A stretch of DNA of 47,476 nucleotides, from contig NC_068986.1 in the NCBI RefSeq assembly GCF_001194135.2, positions 10,107,756 to 10,155,231 on the forward strand, in the 5' to 3' direction. Numbering within the stretch: the stretch's first letter is position 1; every line of letters begins with the position of its first letter. The position numbers and the translations under genes are program-made. Shown here in pieces: positions 23,944-36,449 of this stretch. Source of the stretch: Octopus bimaculoides. Taxonomy: Eukaryota. The notes under the pieces were generated by a model, which did no database searches, was not told where the DNA came from, and saw only the letters and a program-made list of their open reading frames with translations.

Positions 23944-24060
23944 TCCATGCTGGCATCGGTTGGACGGTTTGACCAGGGCTGGCAAGCTGGAAGGTTGCAC
24001 CAGGCTCCAGTCTGATTTGGGTTACGGATGCTAAATGATGATGATGATGACAATGATGAT
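23720..24060. mobile_element. Rearranged RTE tails forming a palindrome (arms 23828-23893 and 23901-23978)
   Basis: ccctggtcaaaccgtccaaccgatgccagtatgga(cat)n cgtttaa-cgtccgc-ttaaacg(atg)n tccatgctggcatcggttggacggtttgaccaggg. Confidence 0.85.
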
Positions 24061-25164
24061 CTTTCAATCATGAGGAGCCTGATTGCCTGGCTATGGGCCT
24101 CCTCACATGCATTCCACAGGTTCGCTAAGAGAACCCGACAAATTAAGGGCTGTCGACATTTTGGTTGGGGGTCTGCAATATTTTACGTCTTTGCCAATTT
24201 CCGTTTCCTTTCATATTTCCATTCTCCAGTTCCCAAACTCAGCAAACTTTCCAGTGGTGATTCGGAAATTGTTCTGGGACTAACACATCTCTTTGACAAC
24301 ACAGCCAATTCCAACAACTTCCCCCCCCTNNNNNNNNNNNNNNNNNNNNNNNNNNNNNNNNNNNNNNNNNNNNNNNNNNNNNNNNNNNNNNNNNNNNNNN
24401 NNNNNNNNNNNNNNNNNNNNNNNNNNNNNNNNNNNNNNNNNNNNNNNNNNNNNNNNNNNNNNNNNNNNNNNNNNNNNNNNNNNNNNNNNNNNNNNNNNNN
24501 NNNNNNNNNNNNNNNNNNNNNNNNNNNNNNNNNNNNNNNNNNNNNNNNNNNNNNNNNNNNNNNNNNNNNNNNNNNNNNNNNNNNNNNNNNNNNNNNNNNN
24601 NNNNNNNNNNNNNNNNNNNNNNNNNNNNNNNNNNNNNNNNNNNNNNNNNNNNNNNNNNNNNNNNNNNNNNNNNNNNNNNNNNNNNNNNNNNNNNNNNNNN
24701 NNNNNNNNNNNNNNNNNNNNNNNNNNNNNNNNNNNNNNNNNNNNNNNNNNNNNNNNNNNNNNNNNNNNNNNNNNNNNNNNNNNNNNNNNNNNNNNNNNNN
24801 NNNNNNNNNNNNNNNNNNNNNNNNNNNNNNNNNNNNNNNNNNNNNNNNNNNNNNNNNNNNNNNNNNNNNNNNNNNNNNNNNNNNNNNNNNNNNNNNNNNN
24901 NNNNNNNNNNNNNNNNNNNNNNNNNNNNNNNNNNNNNNGGAGACAGAGAGAGAGACAGAGAAACAGAGACTGGGCCAGAAATTATTTACACTTGGCTCCT
25001 GTCATCCTGTGTAAATATTAGATCAAAAACTTTTTCTATTCAGAATCTTTGTTTATCTTCTTTTCTCTTCCCCTGGTTTCACTGTGTAGAGAACTGTGTG
25101 TGTGTGTGTGTGTGTCTGCACTCAGACACACACACACACACATGCTCACTCTCACCCCCTCCCT

Positions 25165-25202
<38 letters not shown>

Positions 25203-25354
25203 AATAAAGGATTCTTTTATCTGTTGAAAAACACTACAGGAGTGACTCAAGAGTCTACAGTAACTCTACTGTAATCTCAGCTAATACATACGTATATACT
25301 ACACACATACACACTCGCATATGCGTGTGCGCGTGTCCATATATGTTTGTGTGT

Positions 25355-25395
<41 letters not shown>

Positions 25396-25910
25396 TAGAT
25401 GTATTACCCATCCCCTGGCATTATCTCTGGCGCTATTCAATGCCTTCTTCTTGTTTCTCTATTTAAACACACGCATGCACATGCATGTACGCACACCTGT
25501 AATGTGTATTTTATCTGCATTTTGTATTTAGTCTCTCTCCTAGTTCACCCACCTGTCTTCTACTCAGGACTCCATCTTGTCGCAAGTCCTTCCATCTCTC
25601 TCTCTCTCTCTCTCCTTCTCACCCCCTCACCCCCCCACACTCATCTTCTTTTTCTCCTCTGTCTTCTCTGCTCTCTCCTTATCGTAGACAAACACACAAA
25701 ACACTGCAGTCTTTGTCTTATTTCTCCTCCTCCTCCTCCTCGCATGAAGTATCCTTCTTATTCTCTGTATTCCTGTTAACCCTGAAACTCCACACCTCCA
25801 ACCAACCACCCTTCACCCCTTCCTCCTCTCGTACTGCCCTGACGTTTTCATTTTGTTGGCATCACCCCTACCAAATATATATAAATGTGTGTGTGTGTAC
25901 AGATATAAAG

Positions 25911-26210
25911 CAGCACTCCGTCGGTTACGACGACGAGGGTCTCAGCTGATACGATCAACGTGCAAGTGGCTGAGCACTCCACAGACATATATACCCTTAA
26001 CATAGTTCTCAGGGTGATTCAGTGTGACACAGAGTGTGACAAGGCTGGACCCTTTGTATTACAGGTACAACTCATTTTTGCCAGCTGAGTGGACTGGAGC
26101 AACGTGAAATAAAGTGTCTTGCTCAAGAACACAACGCGTCGTCAGGAATTGAACTCATGTCCTTAAGATCGTGAGCTGAATGCCCTAACCACTAAGCCAC
26201 ACACCTTCAC
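25911..26210 (-). mobile_element. tRNA-derived SINE family F with a CORE-like central domain, full length
   Basis: Minus strand: gtgaaggtgtgtggcttagtggttagggcattc (A box)...gagttcaattcc (B box)...tgtgttcttgagcaagacactttatttcacgttgctccagtccactcagctg, shared with family E. Confidence 0.85.
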
Positions 26211-26235
26211 TATATACACACATATACACACACAC

Positions 26236-26271
<36 letters not shown>

Positions 26272-26573
26272 NNNNNNNNNNNNNNNNNNNNNNNNNNNNN
26301 NNNNNNNNNNNNNNNNNNNNNNNNNNNNNNNNNNNNNNNNNNNNNNNNNNNNNNNNNNNNNNNNNNNNNNNNNNNNNNNNNNNNNNNNNNNNNNNNNNNN
26401 NNNNNNNNNNNNNNNNNNNNNNNNNNNNNNNNNNNNNNNNNNNNNNNNNNNNNNNNNNNNNNNNNNNNNNNNNNNNNNNNNNNNNNNNNNNNNNNNNNNN
26501 NNNNNNNNNNNNNNNNNNNNNNNNNNNNNNNNNNNNNNNNNNNNNNNNNNNNNNNNNNNNNNNNNNNNNNNNN

Positions 26574-26652
<79 letters not shown>

Positions 26653-26654
<2 letters not shown>

Positions 26655-27041
26655 TCTAGACATGGCTGTGTGGTAAGAAGTTTGCTTCCCAACCAGATGG
26701 TTCTGGGTTCAGTTCCACTGTATGGCACCTTGGTTAAGTGTCTTCCATTATAGTATACCTTGTGAGCAGATTTGGCAGATGGAAACTGAAAGAAGCCTCT
26801 TATATATATACATACATATATGTGTGTGTGTGTGTTTGCATCCATGTTTATTCCTCACCTCTCTTTGATAAGTGTTGTTGGTGTGTTTACATCCCTATAA
26901 CTTAGCAGTTCGGCCTAAGAGACCAATAGAATAAGCACCAAGCTTACAAAGAGCAAGTCCTGGGGGTTGATTTGTTCGACTAAAGACAGTGCTCCAGCAT
27001 GGCCGCAGTGAAGTGACTGAAACAAGTAAAAGGATAAAAGA
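26653..27041 (+). mobile_element. SINE family A, full length, diverged
   Basis: catggctgtgtggtaagaagtttgcttcccaacc...gtgactgaaacaagtaaaagg. Confidence 0.88.
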
Positions 27042-27372
27042 ATATATATCTGTCTGTGAATTTCTCTGTCTACATCCACCTCTGTCTACACCTGTATTTG
27101 TTGTTCGAATCCATGCCACTCACCACTCTACGTTATTTCCTCTACCTCATTTCGCTTTCATTTATCATGCACTATGCCCAGGCCCCTGTTTTATGTAAGT
27201 CTGAATCCTTTGCCCACTGGATATAAGGCTACTTTGACCACTGGATACTTAGGCCTCGGTTACTTTGGCTACTGGACATAAGGTCAGATGAGTGTCATGC
27301 AATGTCAAGACAAGGAGACATCAACACACACACACACACACAACTGTGTGTGATGGGCTTCTTTCAGTTTCT

Positions 27373-27606
27373 TATTTCGTTATTGCCCACAAGGGGCTAA
27401 ACATAGAGGGGACAAACAAGGACAGACAAAGGGATTAAGTCGATTACATCGACCCCAGTGCATAACTGGTACTTAATTTATCGGCCCCCAAAAGGATGAA
27501 AGGCAAAGTCGACCTCGACGGAATTTGAACTCAGAATGTAAAGACAGACAAAATAACGCTAAGCATTTCGCCCGGCGTGCTAACGTTTCTGCCAGCTCGC
27601 CGCCTT
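27373..27606 (-). mobile_element. Full-length SINE family C2 nested in a family A copy, with a 16-bp target duplication
   Basis: gcttctttcagtttct at 27357-27372 and 27607-27622. The minus strand starts aaggcggcgagctggcagaaacgttagcacgccgggcg and ends gccccttgtgggcaataacgaaata. CpGs are retained, suggesting a young copy. Confidence 0.92.
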
Positions 27607-28469
27607 GCTTCTTTCAGTTTCTGTCTACTAAATCCACTCACAAGGCCTTGGTTAGCCCAGGGCTACAATAGAAAATATTCAAGGTGCTGCACAGTGCATA
27701 ATGAGTGACTCGTTAAATTAATCCACAGNNNNNNNNNNNNNNNNNNNNNNNNNNNNNNNNNNNNNNNNNNNNNNNNNNNNNNNNNNNNNNNNNNNNNNNN
27801 NNNNNNNNNNNNNNNNNNNNNNNNNNNNNNNNNNNNNNNNNNNNNNNNNNNNNNNNGGCAATGAAAGGATTTAGATTGCCTGGCCGAGAGACAAACCCCA
27901 GCCGGAATGTGTGTGTGTGTACACATACACACAGGGAAGTGATCCTGGTCTTTTAACCATTATCTTTATCTCTATGACACCATCTCCCCCATCGGCACCA
28001 CCACCACCACCACCACCACCACCACCACCATTCCTATCATTAGCATCAGTGCTAACTAGCTAACATTGCCGTTGCCACGGTGACCTTCAACATCCCCACC
28101 ACCAAACTATTGAGCCAGAAACATCTGTCCATGACTGTCCTCTTATCTCCAGACAATAAGCATCTCCTTTTTCTTCATGGTTTGTCTGTTTTGAAGAGTC
28201 CTCAAATCTTGAGATTATCTTCCTTTCTCATGTGGAGCTGCGTAAAATTAACTGTCACTCGGTAATTATGCTACATCATCTGGAGGTGGAGATGTTTTAA
28301 CAAATCAATAATTTATATTGATTTAATATACCTGCATTTCTCTACCTACCTGTATGGCTAGCTATGTACCTACCTGTATCTCCCCTCCCAAAAGAAACTC
28401 ACAGAATAGTTTATTTCCCTCTGCCATTTGAGGGGTATTTGTCTTGTAAGAGACTTGGTGATCCTGTTG

Positions 28470-28750
28470 GCAATTGTGCCACTGGTGCTGGTGCCATATA
28501 AAATGTGCTAGTGATGGTGCCATTCAAAACACACTGGTAATGTTTCCGTATAAAAAGCATCCAGTCCACACTTTGTAAAGTGGTTGACATTAGGAAGGGC
28601 ATCCAGCTGTAGAAACCTTGCCAAAACAGATGGTTCCAGGCTCAGTCCCACTGCGTGGCACCTTGGGAAAGTGTCTTCTACTATAGCCACGGGATGACCA
28701 AAGCCTTATGAGTGGATTTGGTAGACGGAAACTGGAAGAAGCCCGTTGTA

Positions 28751-28783
<33 letters not shown>

Positions 28784-29409
28784 NNNNNNNNNNNNNNNNN
28801 NNNNNNNNNNNNNNNNNNNNNNNNNNNNNNNNNNNNNNNNNNNNNNNNNNNNNNNNNNNNNNNNNNNNNNNNNNNNNNNNNNNNNNNNNNNNNNNNNNNN
28901 NNNNNNNNNNNNNNNNNNNNNNNNNNNNNNNNNNNNNNNNNNNNNNNNNNNNNNNNNNNNNNNNNNNNNNNNNNNNNNNNNNNNNNNNNNNNNNNNNNNN
29001 NNNNNNNNNNNNNNNNNNNNNNNNNNNNNNNNNNNNNNNNNNNNNNNNNNNNNNNNNNNNNNNNNNNNNNNNNNNNNNNNNNNNNNNNNNNNNNNNNNNN
29101 NNNNNNNNNNNNNNNNNNNNNNNNNNNNNNNNNNNNNNNNNNNNNNNNNNNNNNNNNNNNNNNNNNNNNNNNNNNNNNATATATATGGGTGTGTGTGTGT
29201 CTATGTTTGTCACCCTGGCTCCCCCTATTGCTTGACAACCAATACTGGTGTATTTGTCCCTGTAACTTAGCAGTTCAGCAAAAGAGACTGATAAAATGAG
29301 TACTAGGCTTACAAAGAATAAGTCCTGAGGTCGATTTCTTTGACTAAAAACCCTTTAAGGTGATGTTCCAGTATGGCCGAAGACAAAATGACTTACGCAA
29401 GTAAAAAGA
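28470..29409 (+). mobile_element. RTE tail fragment (28470-28630) fused to a gap-spanning SINE A (28631-29409)
   Basis: ggttgacattaggaagggcatccagctgtagaaaccttgccaaaacaga joins tggttccaggctcagtcccactgcgtggcacc; the family A 3' end follows the gap. Confidence 0.8.
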
Positions 29410-29570
29410 TAGAAGAACTTAGTTAAAATTCCGTGTCGTTATGAAGCTGGTGTTTGAACATAGATTAACATGAAATTTTGAAGGAAAGTTTTAATTTAAA
29501 CCCCTTTAAAACGGGAGGTTCATATTGAGGGAGAAGGGATGGTGTTAAGCAGGTTGGTATGAAAAGAATT
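29410..29570 (+). mobile_element. Partial, diverged relative of the piggyBac-like MITE at 41758-41977
   Basis: gttatgaagctggtgtt...gaaagttttaattt...caggttggtatgaaaaga parallels the 41758 element interior and right end. Confidence 0.5.
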
Positions 29571-29745
29571 TAATTGTTGGGAAGGTTCATGATTAGTGAC
29601 ATGGCTTAGAAAATCCTGATTTCTTGTTCCCACATCCTTGGGACTTGTTTCCTTGATTCATTGTGTTGTGCCATTTTTAGAACAAACAATATATTCACTC
29701 ATCTCCAGGTAATGGCAGTTTTTAAAAAAGAATATATATAAAACA

Positions 29746-29788
<43 letters not shown>

Positions 29789-30019
29789 GTTATCTCACTA
29801 TTTGCTCATTTACATGCACACAAGCGGGAAATGGGAGAGGAATATGTATGTAATGTATGTAATGTATGTATGTATGTTCTTTTCTGTTTTAAATTCTTCC
29901 TCTGAGGAAGGAGCTGGTTTCTAACAAAGACTCAAAGCTCCATTGTTGGAATGTAGATAATGAAAGCAATGTCACATTTTAAACTTAAGAAAAGTCTTGC
30001 ATATTTTTACTGTTCCATG

Positions 30020-30845
30020 CGCAGACAACAGACTTCCTCAAATGCTCGGTGGGATCATTAGAAGTAGTAGATAGCTTCTGTTACCTAGGCAACCAAGTTA
30101 GCAGTGGGGAAGAAAGTTCTGAAAGTGTAGTTACTAGAATGAGAAGGGGCTGGGCAAAGTTTAGAGAGCTTCTACTTTTGTTGGCAACTAGGGGCCTCTT
30201 CCTCAGTGTGAAAAGCAGATTGTATGATGCCTGTGTACATACAGCTATGTTATATGACAGTGAAACATGGGCTTTGACTACAAAGGACTTGCAAAGGCTT
30301 GAAAGAAATGAAGCTAGTATGTTCTGCTGGCTGGGTAATGTCAGTGTGCACACAAGACAGGGTGTAAATGATTTAAGAGGGAAACTGGGTATAAGAGGCA
30401 TCAGATGTTGTGTGCAAGAGAGAAGACTGTGCTGGTTTGGTCATGTGATGTGTATGGATGAGGACAGTTACGTAAAGAAGTGCCAAACGCTAATTCTGAA
30501 GGGTACCTGTGGAAAGGGTAGATCCTGGAAGATGTAGAATGAAGTGGTGAGAAAGGATTTTCAGCTGCTGAGGAAATAACAAGGGATCAGGAGTTGTGGT
30601 GATTTGCTGTACTTGACAAGACATGCCAAGCAACGTAAAATTGCTGTCATCCATAGTTACAGGGTTGCACCTTTACAGGTGCCAGTGCCACATAAAATGC
30701 ACCCATGCAGGTGGCACATAAAAAGCATCTAACACTCTTTGTTAAGGGCATCCAGCTGTAGCAACCATGCCAATTGCAGTCTGGCCAGCTGCTGCCGAAC
30801 CGTTCCAACCCATGCCAGCATGGAAAACGGATGTTAAATAGTGAT
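30020..30845 (+). mobile_element. 5'-truncated, decayed RTE-clade LINE (post-RT C-terminus, 3' UTR, tail)
   Basis: ORF 30049-30537: LEVVDSFCYLG...WAKFRELL...LYDACVHTAMLYDSETW...QERRLCWFGHVM, the RT thumb/C-terminal region typical of RTE elements, followed by a family B 3' end. Confidence 0.9.
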
Positions 30846-31318
30846 GTGAGTTAGTCGGTTGATTTCTTTTCCTGAAAATCCAAGCTTATCCAGATTGTCA
30901 GTTAGACCAAGTGCACCGATTATCATCAGTATAAATGTAAATTTATGTAGAGAGAGAGAAAGAGAAAGAGAGAAAGAGGGATGCAGTATCAGTAGCAGCT
31001 GCTTTTGTGTTGCAAGGCTCGTCTCTGATGGTGATAATGATGATTATGATAATGATTCAGATACTACTGCTACTACTACTACTTACAAATAATAATAATA
31101 ATAATCAACTCCGCCATTTTAGTATGCAGATTTCAGGCTTTAGATTACTAGTATATTGGTAATCCAAGCAATGAGACAGATCACTACTGAGTCTTTGTTG
31201 GCTGATTGGCTGGTGGGTGCAGTCAGTTGGTCGGTCGGTTGGTCTGGTTGGTTGGTAGGAGGTGTCAAGGTGATCTGAAACTTGTTGGCCTGCCTGCCTG
31301 CTTCTCTTCTCTCTCTTC

Positions 31319-31352
<34 letters not shown>

Positions 31353-31537
31353 CCCTCTATATAATGAATGGTGTGGCAGTGTGTATGCTGGTGGTAGGGG
31401 TGGTGGTGTCGCATATTCTATTCTTCTCTATTGTTGGGACAATGGTTCTTATAATAAGCATACATCATCCTACATAGCAGTTCATTTGTGTGTGTAGAGG
31501 TATTAATAGATGTATACAGAGGAATGTATATGCAGAT

Positions 31538-31598
<61 letters not shown>

Positions 31599-32186
31599 NN
31601 NNNNNNNNNNNNNNNNNNNNNNNNNNNNNNNNNNNNNNNNNNNNNNNNNNNNNNNNNNNNNNNNNNNNNNNNNNNNNNNNNNNNNNNNNNNNNNNNNNNN
31701 NNNNNNNNNNNNNNNNNNNNNNNNNNNNNNNNNNNNNNNNNNNNNNNNNNNNNNNNNNNNNNNNNNNNNNNNNNNNNNNNNNNNNNNNNNNNNNNNNNNN
31801 NNNNNNNNNNNNNNNNNNNNNNNNNNNNNNNNNNNNNNNNNNNNNNNNNNNNNNNNNNNNNNNNNNNNNNNNNNNNNNNNNNNNNNNNNNNNNNNNNNNN
31901 NNNNNNNNNNNNNNNNNNNNNNNNNNNNNNNNNNNNNNNNNNNNNNNNNNNNNNNNNNNNNNNNNNNNNNNNNNNNNNNNNNNNNNNNNNNNNNNNNNNN
32001 NNNNNNNNNNNNNNNNNNNNNNNNNNNNNNNNNNNNNNNNNNNNNNNNNNNNNNNNNNNNNNNNNNNNNNNNNNNNNNNNNNNNNNNNNNNNNNNNNNNN
32101 NNNNNNNNNNNNNNNNNNNNNNNNNNNNNNNNNNNNNNNNNNNNNNNNNNNNNNNNNNNNNNNNNNNNNNNNNNNNNNNNNNNNNN

Positions 32187-32345
32187 GTGTTTATGTCCCT
32201 GTAACTTAGCAGTTTGGTAAAAGAGACGGATACAACGATTAACAGGCTTTGAAAAAAGAAAGGGGTTGATTCATTCAACTAAAAATTCTGCAAGGTGTTG
32301 CTCCAGCATGGCTGCACTCAATGATTGAAACAAGTAAAAAATAAA
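32187..32345 (+). mobile_element. SINE family A 3' part
   Basis: gtgtttatgtccctgtaacttagcag...gctccagcatggctgcactcaatgattgaaacaagtaaaa. Confidence 0.8.
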
Positions 32346-32519
32346 AAAAATCATTCTTTTTTTTATCATTTTTCACTTCCACTTTGGCTATCCCCACCCT
32401 CTCTTCTAAAATGTCTTTTGTTATTTGGCCCCTCTACAGCAAGAAACTTTTCCTGCTCTGGCCCTTTTCTCTCATATTTTACCATTCTCCTAGCCTTCCC
32501 TCTGTGTTGTACGCTGCAT

Positions 32520-32735
32520 GGCAACCTCACTGGAGCTGGTGCCACATAAAAAAGCACCCTTTTTACACACTATAAAGTAATTGATGTTTGGAAGGCCATG
32601 CACCTGTAGAAACCATTGCTAAACCAGACCCTGGAGCACAATGCAGTCCTTGGGCCCATTGGGTCCCTGTCAAAGTGTCCAACCCATGATGCTAGCATGG
32701 AAGATGGACATTAAATGATGATGATGATGATGGTA
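32520..32735 (+). mobile_element. RTE tail (family B), diverged
   Basis: ggtgccacataaaaaagcaccc...gtccaacccatgatgctagcatggaagatggacattaaat(gat)n. Confidence 0.78.
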
Positions 32736-32745
32736 TATATGTTGC

Positions 32746-33067
32746 GAGACCCCCTTCGCTAATGAATGACCATGGGATTGCACCTAGAAAGTTACCCTCT
32801 GAGGCACAAGTCCGGGCAAGGTTGTTTATGGAAGACCAGCAGTCTCCCATGCATACCAGCCTCCCCTTTCCATGCCACTGATGTTATCCAAGGGAAAGGT
32901 AAAGGAGCCGATACAGCTTCGCATCAGTGATGTTGCAACTCATTTCTACAGCTGAGTGAACTGGAGCAACGTGAAATAAAGTGTCTTGCTCAAGAACACA
33001 ACATGTAGCCTGGTCAGGGAATCAAACTCGCAACCTCACGATTGTAAGCTCAATGCTCTAACCACTG
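32746..33067 (-). mobile_element. tRNA-derived SINE family E (CORE-like domain, distinct tail)
   Basis: Minus strand cagtggttagagcattgagcttacaatcgtgaggttgcgagtttgattcc, then tgtgttcttgagcaagacactttatttcacgttgctccagttcactcagctg identical in style to family F, but a different 3' region. Confidence 0.85.
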
Positions 33068-34187
33068 TATGGATGAATTAAAGAATCAAATCTCCAAATC
33101 TGCAGACACCATAAGACCAAAACATTAACACTACTCAACCATTCTTCTCTCCAAATTCCTCTTCATTGCTTACTCTTGTTATTATTGTCACCACTCTTAG
33201 AACTTTCTGTTGTTATTAGGTTGAAAGGACTGAAGATAGATACTTCCCTCTTTGGCCAAGCCCTCATCGACTTTTTTTTTTTAAGTTCCTTTTAAAAAGG
33301 GAAATGAGGGTGGAGAGGGAAGTGCTGCCCCTGCCCTCAGTATTTTCTTTGAATGGTTGGTGAATATTGTGAAGATAGCCCTGAACATGCACTTTCACCA
33401 ATGCCATCAAACACCTGCATCACCATCTTTGTCATCATCATTGCCTCTGACACCATCAACATCATCATCATCATCACCATTAATTTCTTTACCATTCATT
33501 GATACTACATCACCACCACCACCACCACCACGGATCACTATCCTCATCTCTACCACTTCCTCAACTATTACTGTCATCACCACCGACAACAACAGCAACA
33601 ACAACAGTCTTATATTACATCCTCTTCCAATGATCACATGACATGAGTGGATAAATAGTTTGCATTTTTCTTCTTGGACAAAATTAAATGATGATGATGA
33701 TGATAGGTTTGGGTTTGAGGTAGAAGGGGATGAGTGGGTGGGTGGAAGGGGGAGGTCAAGCGTCATGTTCGCAATGTGGTTTCTTTGGGAGGCTTTTTGT
33801 TTTTGTTGTTGTTCTTGTATATTTGTGAACATGTCTGTCTGTTGACTTTTTAGGAGAGGCTGAGAGGAGTAATGTGTCAGAATGTGTGCATGGATGTTTC
33901 AAACATCATCATCATCATCATCATCATCATCATTTAATGCCCTGTGTTCGTGCTGGCACACACAAATGCACACATGCACACACACACACACACACACACG
34001 CTCACACACAAAGACACGCATACAGAGGTTTCATTAAATATCCAATTGTGTTCAAGTTTTATATTTCATATTTAAACCTTGTATTTTCTTTATTTATTTA
34101 TTATTTTTCTTTTAAAGTTAGTTTGGAATAATAATCTTCCTAAATTCATATTCAACATTTCCAGAACTTCAGTCTCATTTCTAAGAA

Positions 34188-34389
34188 TCTACTATAATAA
34201 TACTCTTGTGTATTTCTCTGTCACAACATATGGATGAGAAAGGAAGGGGTGGTAGATGAATGAGGAAGGAAGGGGTGATGGAAAACTTGGTAGTGGGATG
34301 ATGGAAGTTCTATGGTGAAAAAAAAAATCAAACAGCATTTCAACTCTGAGTGAGTAGATGTGTGTGTATGTAAAAGGGAGCCATGTGAA

Positions 34390-34426
<37 letters not shown>

Positions 34427-34711
34427 AATGGAAGTGGGATTGTGAACATTCAATGCTGAAAAGGAAAATCAAACAACATTTCAACTCTGTGTTAGTGTAT
34501 GTGTACAAGGGAAGTATGTGACTGTTTATACGTGTGAACCAGTGTTCTTTTAGTAACAAACGTTGATCGATGTCACATCTCAAAAGACAACCACCAGATA
34601 ACATTGACAATTTTACTAATTTGAATTACCACCCATATTCTAGCTTTTGTCCTTGTTTATATATAAAATATAACAATTAGCCGTTATTTTTGACGGCACG
34701 GGGCCAGCTAG
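34188..34711 (+). mobile_element. Non-autonomous Helitron-like element
   Basis: Begins A|TCtactataataatactc and ends CTAG|T (34708-34712). Hairpin gccgtta-tttt-tgacggc (34680-34697) lies 10 nt upstream of CTAG. No TSD. Internal ~143-bp imperfect duplication (aaaatcaaacagcatttcaactct at ~34323 and ~34465). Confidence 0.7.
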
Positions 34712-35654
34712 TTGAATATATTTGGTGCATTGTTTATGTCAACATGTAAACAACATACATATCCAAAAATTAAAACATGGCTACTGACACACACACAAAA
34801 AAGCCTAATGGTTAGAAATTTGACCACAACAAACAAATCAACACATGACTGCTGATGTATGGAACTAATGGCCAAGAAACATTTGAGAAATTTCCCACCA
34901 AACATTAGTTGACCATTAGTTTCATACATCATATTTCTGCAGTTCAACAAATGCTTAAGAAACAACACTGACACCAAGTAGTGTCAATTCTTAAAAATGA
35001 GACTGTGAAGTTCTGGAAATGTTGATTATGAATTTAGGAATCTTTGTTTGAAGCAACCTATAAAAAGATAAGAAAATATGTAAAATGCAAGATAGAAAAG
35101 AATGCAATCATGTAGTTAATGAAACATGTATAAATGAAAAACTAGTCTCCATGTGTGTGTGTGTATTTATTTCAAATAGTTTTCTGATCACTGATAGTGC
35201 CCCACCCCCTACATAGTATGAAAAATAGAAACAAGTTAGAATGTTACATCTGTTGTAAACAGTGTAGCTATTTTTAGCCATTTCAGCCCATGGCCATCCT
35301 TGCTGAGATATGTTTGGATTTAATCAGGGTATTTGAACTTATCCATCCTATGGGTTCAGGGAGGAAGAAGAGAAGGAGGGTTTTCTGCTGTATTCCACCT
35401 CTGACCTCACCTCCTGCAGTTGCCACCCTAATTTTTGTGGTGGCCACTCCTCCTCCCTAACTACAGTCTAGTCACATTCTGCTACCCCCTCCCTCCCTCA
35501 CTTTCTCTCTCCTCTGCCAAATGATGCAGTCGACGCATTCTCTGTGTATTTATAGTTCCAAGGATGGTCATCTTGGCCATTGATTGCACTGACATAACTA
35601 TTGTTAAAGCCTGTGAAACTTTCTTTGCACTCTCCTCTCTTTCTCTCTCTCGTG

Positions 35655-35690
<36 letters not shown>

Positions 35691-35849
35691 TGTAAATTTT
35701 TCTCCTTCCTTTTCTTTTTCTCACATGTTTGTATATATTTATCAATTTGTCTGTCATTCTGTGTGTGTGTATATACACACACACACACACACACATACAT
35801 ACATACATACATACATACATACATACATACATACATACATACATACGTA

Positions 35850-36064
35850 CAGGGGGATGTTGAAAATTTCCTGACTTTCAGGGCATTGCGAAAGGCTTGG
35901 TTGGAGGTCCAACCTTCCAAGTTCTTTTACAGGGCTTAGAAGAAACTGAAGGGCCGCTGCAAAAAGTGTGTAACCCTGAGAGGGGAATCTTTTGGATAAA
36001 ATCATAATTAACTGATCTTCCTTTATTTTCTTTTACCCAAAGCCTGGAACTTTTCAGCCCTACC

Positions 36065-36069
<5 letters not shown>
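35850..36069 (+). mobile_element. Mariner-derived MITE (220 bp)
   Basis: TA|cagggggatgttgaaaatttcctgacttt ... aaagcctggaacttttcagccctacctctcg|TA. Internal remnant LKGRCKKCVTLRGESFG* resembles a mariner transposase C-terminus. Confidence 0.8.
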
Positions 36070-36148
<79 letters not shown>

Positions 36149-36208
36149 TATATGTGCAGAAGCGATTGTAAAATGTTGGTAACATATTCGTGCATATATA
36201 TATGTGCA

Positions 36209-36364
36209 GAGTGTGGCTGTGTGGTAAGAAGCTTGCTTCCCTACCACATGGTCTGTGTTCAGTTCCACTGCATGGCACCTCAGGCAAATGTCTTCTACAA
36301 TAGCCTCAGGCCGACCAAAGCCTTGTGAGTGGATTTGGTAGACGGAAACTGAAAGAAGCCTGTC

Positions 36365-36449
<85 letters not shown>

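Noticed and set aside
25655-25725. CLLC...KHTKHCSLC resembling a DHHC zinc finger
   Set aside because: Spacing is CX2CX10HC rather than CX2CX9HC, no DHHC motif follows, and it lies in a CT-rich low-complexity tract.
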